Assembly (NCBI RefSeq): GCF_006345805.1
Contig: NC_042997.1
Span: 48,670,001 to 48,734,000 of the forward strand
Length of the DNA stretch: 64,000 nucleotides
Direction: 5' to 3'
Source: Octopus sinensis
Lineage: Eukaryota
This document shows, in pieces, positions 55,006-64,000 of this stretch (positions are counted from its first letter, which is position 1; each line of letters starts with the position of its first letter). The position numbers and the translations under genes are program-made. A model generated the notes under the pieces. The model had not been told where the DNA came from and ran no database searches. It saw only the letters and a program-made list of their open reading frames with translations.

Positions 55006-55319
55006 GCACGTAAAAAGCACCATCCGAACGTGGCCGATTGCAGCGTCGCCTTGACTGGCTTCTGTACCGGTGGCACGTAAAAAGCACCAACCGATCGTTG
55101 CCGCTGCCAGCCCCCTGGCACCAGCCGGCGGCACGAAAAAAGCACCCACTACGCTCACAGAGTGGTTGGCGTTAGGAAGGGCATCCACCTGTGGAAACAC
55201 TGCCAGACCAGACTGGAGCCTGGTGCAGCCTCCTGGCTTCCCAGACCCCGGTCAAACTGTCCAACCCGTGCTAGCACGGAAAACGGACGTTAAAAGATGA
55301 TGATGATGATGATGATGAT
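55006..55319 (+). mobile_element. SINE/LINE 3' tail with internal tandem units and (GAT)n end (RTE-like tail)
   Basis: Three gcacg(t/a)aaaaagcacc units, then gttggcgttaggaagggcatcca, ending ggacgttaaaa(gat)n. Confidence 0.7.
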
Positions 55320-55554
55320 TCTCCCTCTTTGTTTCTCTCTCCTTTCTCTCTCACTTTCCCCACTCTCTTACTCTTCCTTTCTCTCGGACTCTCCCTCGCT
55401 TTCTCTTACTCTCTATCTTTATCTATCTCTCTCCCATTTATAAACAACAAGAGATCTTGAGTAAGTTAAGAAATAAAATATTTAGAAAGATCAATCATAA
55501 ATATCAGGCAGTAACAACGGAAAGGTCTGCTTCAAGGCAGACAGCAAAACAGTA

Positions 55555-56005
55555 ACAATTAAAAGGGACAGACGAACTTGCGAGCTGAATAAAAATAATA
55601 AAATATTGGAAACCAAAGTTTGAAGGGATAGAATCTGAGGATAGTAGAGTCACCATGGCTGGCATTTCTTAACGACGGACAGCAACGTTTTGACAGTTTA
55701 ACGGCTAGCGTAAAATTTTGAACTTGATGTAAAAGAAAATCCCTAAACACCAAGTTTTGAAGTGATTCTTTCTCTCGACAGTAGACTCACCATGGCAAGC
55801 ATTCAAAACTTCTTCATCATGGACGGCAACACATTGACGATTAAAAGGCTGGCGCAAATTTTTTAGCTTGATGTAACAGAGAATTCCTAAACACCCGCTC
55901 CTTTAAATTTTAATCCCCTTCCAGCCCCATTTAGACCCCTTTTCACATTTTGGTTAATATAACCCGATTTCATTCGGGTCTACTGGGGCTACATTTTATA
56001 AGATG
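55555..56005 (+). mobile_element. Probable non-autonomous Helitron-like element with an internal ~135 bp duplication
   Basis: Diverged units at 55640-55752 and 55778-55896; hairpin acccga-tttcat-tcgggt at 55962-55979; end ...ttttataagat. Confidence 0.5.
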
Positions 56006-56127
56006 AGGAATTTTGTCCTAGAGGTCACGCCTTTCCTTTGAGGAATAAAATAGTTGTCATGCAAACTTGCCAGCACTTTTAACATAGGTCTGCATATTTT
56101 CAGCTCAACCGACCACATAATGCACAC

Positions 56128-56252
<125 letters not shown>

Positions 56253-56559
56253 TGTGTGTGTGTGTGTGTTGTGTGTGTGTGTATGTATATAAACGGCGGT
56301 GCATCAGCATGGCCGCAGCTCTGAGCCGAAACTAGAAAAAAAATGTGTGTGTGTGTGTGTTGGATTCTCTCTCATACGTGAGCGTGTGTTGGATGTGGCG
56401 ATGATAATTCTCTCTATGAATGCAGAATAGGTAGGAAATAGAGTGAGTGAAAAAGTGCTGGTAAGGGACCGTGCGTGAGTGAGGAAGACAGATACATTAA
56501 AGAATGGGAGTGGACTTGTCGAAATGGGTTTTTTGCCCTAGCAACGACACCTTTTAAGA

Positions 56560-56700
56560 TAGGGATTTCTAAGGTAGCCCACGGGCATCGTCACCTCATT
56601 TTACATGTCCCTGTAAATTTTGGAGTCAATCCGACGGGATGTAGTGGCCTTGAAAGCGATCCAAGCGTTCGAAACGCATTTCAGTTTTATATATAGAGAT
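56560..56700 (-). mobile_element. Possible Helitron-type 5' end
   Basis: Minus strand atctctatatataaaactgaaatg...ccgtcggattgactccaaaattt. Confidence 0.4.
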
Positions 56701-56744
56701 ATATATAAGGCTTGCCGCCTTGAGGCTCAGTAAATATTCTTTTC

Positions 56745-56882
56745 TACGCTAGGCACAAGGCCCGAAATTTTGGGGGAGGGGGCAGTCAATTAGATTGACC
56801 CCAATACGTAACTGGTACTTAATTTATCGACCCCGAAAGGATGAAAGGCAAAGTCGACCTCGGCAGAATTTGAACTCAGGCT
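56745..56882 (-). mobile_element. SINE family D fragment
   Basis: actggtacttaatttatcgaccccgaaaggatgaaaggcaaagtcgacctcggcagaatttgaactcag. Confidence 0.8.
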
Positions 56883-58861
56883 CAATAAATATTATGAGTT
56901 CAAAATGGTTGGTTTACTGTGCTGAAAAGATCTTTCAGACGACTAGCATTTCAAGCGAAGACTCAGAATCTCTTACTATCAATTGATACTTCAAAATCCG
57001 ATGTGAGATTCAGAACATAGTCTGTAAATGATGCTTCAATAAAGTTCTAAAGCCGTTGTGACGTAACCAAAAGTGTCTTTAGAATTACAAGTCAGTTTCA
57101 TTCAAACTAGTTTCTACAATATTCTAAACTAAAAAAAAAGCAAAGTACACAAATACTACCAATGTTCTCGATATATTAATGCATTTTCTTTTCTTTTTTC
57201 TTCTGATAATTCAAATGACGTCTCCTATGTCTATATTTTATTTTCAATTTCATTGTATCTTAAGCGTAATTATAAGAGTTAATTTTTTCACTTCTTTTCC
57301 GCGCACTTTCGTGATTTTTACATCATTTCTGCCAAGACTGATCAAATAGCAGGCGAATAGTTTTTCAGCCATATTTTAAAAACATTTCATTTCAAAGATG
57401 CAGACACTTATAAATGATTTCAACTTACAGTTTTAATTTTCATTTTCTGTCTCTCTTTATAGATGATTTTTTTCATTAGTTTTATGCCCAATTTTCCATA
57501 GTTTCTAACAATTTGCTGTTGTTGACATAGCTGGAATAATCAGATATATAAACCAAATCACTGTAGACCAGCTAAAAATCACTGTAGACTAGCTAAAAAT
57601 TAAACCACAAATAAAGCTGTTTCTCTAATTCATGTCTGCTTTATTTAGCAGCTGATTATTCAATCTGCTACCTCTTCTCTTAGAATCGATCAACAAAACG
57701 GTGAAACTGTCAGTCAGAAGACTCCTTCCCATTTTTGCTACCCATTCTATCATGAAAAGAATGCACATATATTCTTCCTTAATCCAGAGTGAAGCTTGGT
57801 AATACTTAACTTTCAGTTCGATTCATGCTGTTTTGCAGAAAATTGATAGTTTTTACGAAACATCTTACCGTCAAAAGCACAAATATGTAAATTAGACATA
57901 TATACACACTGATATATGTGTGTACGCGTGTGCATTCGTGCCTGTGTGTGCAATTTTGTCTGTATAATATTTTAAACCTCATTATTTGAGTCTGTGAACT
58001 TACTACTTTCTCTTTAGTCGCTGACTATCATGAGATTAAAACTATAATTCTAAATACCTGCTTGCATTTACTGTACTATTTATTATGAATCTAATACTAC
58101 CTGAAGTTTGTGAAGCAGCTCTTGTCATCTCTTTCTCTTAACAAGCTTTAAACAGCAAATGAATGAAATGTTCTGGATCCATTGGACATAAAACTTCCAC
58201 TTCACACCTGTCATGAACCATAATGGTGCTTTATCTGTTGTATATTGCCAAGATTGCACACGTTAGTCATATACTATAATCAACGAGATAGACATACAAA
58301 TGCTATTTAATAATCATTTATACCCAGTTGACATGAGGGCTCAGCTCAAATTTTCAGTTGATTTCCATTCATATATTATGTCTATTTAGAAGACAAAGTA
58401 TCTCGAAAGAAACTTCCAGCGAATATACATACTATATGTTCTCTAAAGTTAGTTTTTTCATAAGGTTCGTATTTGCATTTGGTTTGCAAGATTCTTGCTG
58501 TGAATTCGTGTGTTGAAAGAAATGCTATTGAACCTTGGGAGGGGTATGATGCCGGTAATAAACACACGCACTGGTTCAGTCCCTTTATAGCTATTGTTCA
58601 GTATTTTTCGTGTTGTATTTGTTTTATATGTAAAAGCTGGACTGTGATCAGTCCTAAATTCATTTATTGATTTCTCCACATTTTACCAAAACCTAAAATT
58701 TTCATTCACTTCATTGTTCACCGGAAGACAGTTCACGGAGAAAAACAAGTAAGTTTCATTTTCTTAAATACGCATGTGGTAAAATATGAAACTTCGCTAT
58801 CGAAATTAGAAAACCATAGACACAAAATACACAAATCTAAACAAAATAATACATATTCATT

Positions 58862-59047
58862 TATTTTATTCTTTTATTTGTTTCAGTCATTTGATTGCGA
58901 CCATGCCGGAGCACCGCTGTTGGTCAAATAAATCGACCCGAGGACTTATTCTTTGTAAGCCTAGTACTTATTCCATCGGTAACCACACCAACATTGGTGT
59001 CAAGCGATGGTGGGGGGACAAACACAAATACACAGATACATACATGC

Positions 59048-59092
<45 letters not shown>

Positions 59093-59255
59093 TACAACGG
59101 GATTTTTTCAGTTTCTGTATACCAAATCCACTCACAAGACTTTGGTCGGTTCGAGGCTACAGTAGAACAGACTTGGCCAAGGTGCCATGCAGTGGCAGCG
59201 AACCCGGAACTATGTGGTTGGGAAGCAAGCTTTTTACCACATGGCCATTCCAGCG
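58862..59255 (-). mobile_element. SINE family A+B
   Basis: Reverse-complement homologue of 16505-16915 with an internal (TA)n. Confidence 0.85.
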
Positions 59256-59284
59256 CATACACACACACGCGCGCGCACACACAC

Positions 59285-59360
<76 letters not shown>

Positions 59361-59931
59361 AGCATGCATTCAACCGGGTAAGGTAAAATTAATCAATTTA
59401 TAAATTGCTATATAAAAATATATATCAGGAGTGAACAGGTACGTGTACGAGTCCAACTGTTTGCTAGAAAGAGACACTAATGTATGCAAACTCCCTAACA
59501 TATTACCATTAAAATAATACGCGTCGTACTCGTGCAAATAAACGAAACAGATTCATTGAACGGTTCAATTACATATCAATTGATTTCAAGATTAAAGGAC
59601 AATCCCCCTTAATCTTGATACCAGATTTTTGAATTTATATTCTGTTTATAAGGACGAATAACGTATTTACGGTGCGGAGATTTTTCTGTTCCACAGTTGT
59701 TTATTTTATTCGTGCTTATGTGCATCGACATGGTTATATTACGCTGATGATAGAAAAAGAGTTGAAAAATAGTACTCGAATACCAGAGATAGAGTAATAT
59801 GCTTTATTAAAAAGCGGAAAAAATATCACAAAAACAGTTACTTAGTTTCAGGTCCCCGTAATTTTTGCTGTTTTTTGATAAAGTGTATAAATATACATAT
59901 ATAAATATATGCATATACATATACTTATCTA

Positions 59932-59988
<57 letters not shown>

Positions 59989-60019
59989 CTATCTATCTAT
60001 CTATGTATTTGTATGTATG

Positions 60020-60049
<30 letters not shown>

Positions 60050-60050
<1 letters not shown>

Positions 60051-60330
60051 TTGCATGAAATTAACGCGTGAGTGGTTGAGAACTCCACAGTTACGTGTAC
60101 CCCTAACGTATTTCTCAGGGAGATTCAGCGTGACACAGTGTGTGACAAGTCTGGCCCTTTGAAATACAGGTACAAGAGAAACAGGAAGAAAGAGTGAGAG
60201 AAAGTTGTGGAGAAAGAGAACAGTAGCATTCGCCACTACCTCCTGCCGGAGCCTCGTGGAGCTCAAGGTGTTTCCGCTCAATAAACACTCAGAACGCCCG
60301 GTTTGAGAGTCGAAACCGCAATCCCACGAC
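60050..60330 (-). mobile_element. SINE family C
   Basis: Reverse-complement homologue of 20290-20570. Confidence 0.85.
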
Positions 60331-60371
60331 AACACACATACATACATATATATATATATAGATAGATAGAT

Positions 60372-60440
<69 letters not shown>

Positions 60441-60484
60441 AAGAAAGATATGTAGCCACAGAGATACACACGCACGTATATATA

Positions 60485-60597
<113 letters not shown>

Positions 60598-61967
60598 GTT
60601 TACTTTTTGACTAGTTTCAACCAGGAGTGAAGCCTTGCCCACTATCACTGATGCTAATTCCGATATGCATCGAACAGAATATTCGTCATTTTTTTTCTTT
60701 TATTTGAATATACAAATAAGTAATGTTGGAAATGTCAAAAGGATTGAATGTAAACTTCAACCTTTATAAAGAACAGGATTTCAACGTGAATTTCCTTTTG
60801 TGATCCTAACGGCTCACTGATTGAATACCGTTTGATGCTATGTAAATTCATCCTCCAAGTTTATAGCTCAATGCATTTAACAATGCATATTTTACAAATG
60901 AAGCGAGCGAGCTCCTCAGCAGATTTTACTTAAATCACACTTAACAGCGATTCCAGCTATTCATTAGGCATTTGTTCATCGTTTACGTTTCAGATCAAAA
61001 GATATCTGTAACTTGGTAAATTTCTACCGCGTTCAAGCGCTTAGTTTGACCTTTCTGTAAGCCAATCAGCAACAGTTGACACGTACTTGTGCTTCTTTGT
61101 TTGCGCTGATCAAAAGAAGTAACGTTCTGCATATTATTCTGGAATCAAGTGTAAAATATCATCGCTGCGAAATGTTTATTTAATTGTTAGTTTTATCCTT
61201 TCTTTTGGAAGAGATGTAGAAAGTGGAGAAAATCTGTGACCTCTAAATAAATAATTAGTGATTGTCACAATGATTGGCAAACTTTAATTGCTTCATTTCG
61301 ATATAATAATACAATTGTTTGTCGCGGACAAGTGAACGTGTTCTGTGCAACCTACGCTTCGTTCTAAATTGTATTCTAAGCTTAAATAATTGCTTCTATT
61401 ATAGTGATTGTATTAAACATCTAATACAAACGAACAGATATTATTCTTCGTGCTGTTATATTTTTAAGCAAAATCCCATAGTGCTAGAGGTTAACTTCGA
61501 GCAAGCCAAGATTGAGATGCAGCTCAATATCCACCTGAAGTTGATTCTCTTCACTAGCACTGTTAATAACAGTGGAAATTGCATTAACACTTAAGCCTCC
61601 ACCTTTTTCAAGCCCAGCTAAAAAATAAGCCTGGATTTTGTATTTAATCAGATAACACCATAAAAAAAAAACTATAAATTATTGATGAGATTACCGACAA
61701 GCCATTTATCCCCCTTGTTCTGCAAACAGACTTCGAATTTACATAATTATCACAATGTATTTGATGCTTTCCGACTAAAGATTTATGGAATTATTTCTAC
61801 CTCATTAAAGATATTACACGAAGAAAGAAAACGTGTAGTAGACGAAAGTTTCCAGTATGTGAAGTGCAGGAACTGGTTTCTATTCATATATAATATCATT
61901 GAGAAAAAATTGAACTTCAAGTAAATTCATTCCCATTCCCGAAAAGAAGTTTTCTAACAAATCGATG

Positions 61968-63193
61968 TATCAGGTCATCCCATAAGTAATGTTCGGATTT
62001 CAAATAAGGAAAACATGTGACCGACTCTTACATTTTAATGAAGCCTGATCGTCAGTAAGTTTCCATGATTATCTATGACATCTTTCCAACCACTCGTAAG
62101 CTTATTACTCCCATTATTGAAAGCCTCCTTTGGTTTGGAAGAGAAGAACTCTGAAAGGTTAGTTTCGACTTCCCTAATTCTTTCGAGAGTTAATTCATCT
62201 AAATGATTCTGGTAACTACAGAACAAATGTTAATCGAATGAGCGAGGCCTGTGAGCAATTTTCTCCCAACCAAGTTCATCGATCTTCTGTGACGTGATCT
62301 TTGCAGTGTGAGGCCTTGCATTGTCCTCATGAAACACCACTCCCTTTTGATTGACTAAAGTAGGCCTTCTTCAAAGCAACGGTCATACGCTCTAATTACT
62401 GACAGTAGATTTAAGCATTGATTGCTGCATTTGTTGGTAGCACCTCAAAGTGGATGACTCCTTTGAAATCTCACCACACAGAGAGAAGAACCTTCTTCGC
62501 ATGGAGTTCCATTTTAGGTTGTGTTTGGGCCTATTCTCCTTCACCAAGCCAATGGCTACGACACTTTAACATTTTGATAAAAGACCCAATTTTAATCCCC
62601 GGTCTCCACTCTATCCAAACAGGTCGAAATGAGTCCACGAGAACGAAGAGAAGAACCGATATCCACTCGTGATTTCCGGTTGACTTCAGACAAAGCATGA
62701 GGCACACATTTTCCGAGTTTTGGGACCTTTCCCAGCTGTTGAAGATGGCTTGGACGAAGCTTGTTCGCCATTGTTCGCCAATTATTCTACTAAAACTGCA
62801 TTATGTTTTTCAAGATCTGCCAAAAGAAGCTTGTCGTCAAACTCAATTGGACGTCCTGTTCGGAACTCAACTTGAATGCTGAAATTTCCACTTCTGAATT
62901 TTATAAACCAGCTTCCGCAAGTTCTTTCAGGCACTCTTCTCCATAAGCTGCAGAGTTCCCTTTTTAAAACTCATAAAGCATTGTGTGTATCAAATGCTCC
63001 TTAAACACTTCCATGTTTGAAGCGCTATAATTAATGAAGTTTCAATTAGTTTATCCTGCTATAATTAATGACATTTAGTTTAAATATGTCCAAATATATA
63101 TAAACTTGGTGTCATTAGACATTCTAAAATTTTATTAAAGCTTTTACAAATTGAAAATATAGAAGTCCGGACATTAATCATGAAATAACCATA
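61968..63193 (-). mobile_element. Decayed near-full-length mariner transposon with both TIRs
   Basis: Peptides KCVPHALSE, LDRVETGD.NWVFY, GVVFHEDNARPHTAK and FFSSKPKEAFNNGSNKLTSGWKDVID. TIR tatcaggtcatcccataagtaatgttcggattt matches the reverse complement of ~63161-63193. About 1.23 kb. Confidence 0.88.
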
Positions 63194-63364
63194 ACAATGA
63201 CTTATCATATATTCAATTCAGATTTTATAGCTATAACGGGTAATTCTGAGAATAAAATTTTGACGCTATGAGCAATATTAGATAATGTTACATAGGTACA
63301 ACAATTGTCATTATTTGTTAATATTACAAAGCTGTTATGCAAAATAATGGATTAAAAGATTAGT

Positions 63365-63720
63365 AGAAAGCCGGCAATTTCGTGGGAGGGGTCCAGTCGA
63401 TTACAATCCCAGTATTCAGCTGGTGTTTACTTTATCGACCCTGAAATGATGGAAAGTAAAGTCGACGTTGAACTCAGAAAGAAAGAACGGACGAAATGCC
63501 GCTATGCATTTTTACCTGGCTCTTATACAAAATGATAATCATTTTTTAGTATAGGCACAACGCCTGAAATTTGGAGGGTGGGGGCTAGTCGATTACATCG
63601 ACACCAGTGCGTGACTGGTACTTATTTTATCGACCCAGAAATAATGAAACGCAAAATTGACTTTGGAAGAATATGAACTCAGAAGGGATAAACCAAATAC
63701 CACTAAGCAGTTTACCCGGC
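63365..63720 (-). mobile_element. Two tandem decayed SINE family D copies
   Basis: Two runs of gtcgattaca...ttatcgacc...aaagtcgac...gaactcagaa...gaaat(g/a)cc.cta.gca. Confidence 0.75.
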
Positions 63721-63834
63721 TCTAATGCAAAGTAATAATGAAAGGAGAACTGATTGTCAAAATATCAACAGTATTTAAAAAAGTTACAAAAGCAAATCTT
63801 TTAGCGTGTTCAAATAAGCAGGAAAGAATACTGC

Positions 63835-63871
<37 letters not shown>

Positions 63872-64000
63872 TGTGTACACATTCAAAGCAGTTTGCCAAC
63901 GGCCCTTCACATACAACACACCCTGATAAGCTCAGTGATTACTACTAAATTCAAGCCATGACAGACTATAAGATGTAGTTGAAGCCGAGGATTTCAAATT

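Noticed and set aside
55006-55150. Three spaced 16 bp repeats resembling a CRISPR array
   Set aside because: The spacers are similar to each other, the context is eukaryotic, there are no cas genes, and they are internal units of a SINE tail.
57684-57798. 115 bp candidate exon (SINKTVKLSVRRLLPIFATHSIMKRMHIYSSLIQSEA)
   Set aside because: Splice signals only; no protein similarity recognised.
59736-59800. CUGAUGA...GAAU with tattac/gtaata flanks
   Set aside because: Lacks A15.1 and a proper helix II; likely chance in AT-rich DNA.

Overview
AT-rich, microsatellite-saturated eukaryotic (metazoan) non-coding DNA. The SINE families and (TA)n/(CATA)n/(GATA)n load resemble an Octopus/coleoid cephalopod genome; this is an inference from recalled repeat families, not a search. 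No host protein-coding gene could be supported, and most listed ORFs are microsatellite translations. The window holds many transposon remnants: four Penelope-like element (PLE) remnants, two R4/Dong-type REL-endonuclease LINE families, a CRE-like LINE, a 2.8 kb Tx1-like LINE, a Helitron helicase 3' end, a decayed mariner with both TIRs, MITE/foldback elements and several tRNA-derived SINE families. Main highlights: (1) three unrelated minimal type I hammerhead-ribozyme folds that all carry the compensatory U3-A8 core variant, one directly downstream of a PLE GIY-YIG ORF; (2) a second repeat family with an A6U hammerhead-like core; (3) different LINE families each sitting in its own microsatellite; (4) a Tx1 element enclosed by near-identical ~90 bp inverted arms; (5) a 250 bp near-perfect palindrome. 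Coordinates of decayed elements are approximate.
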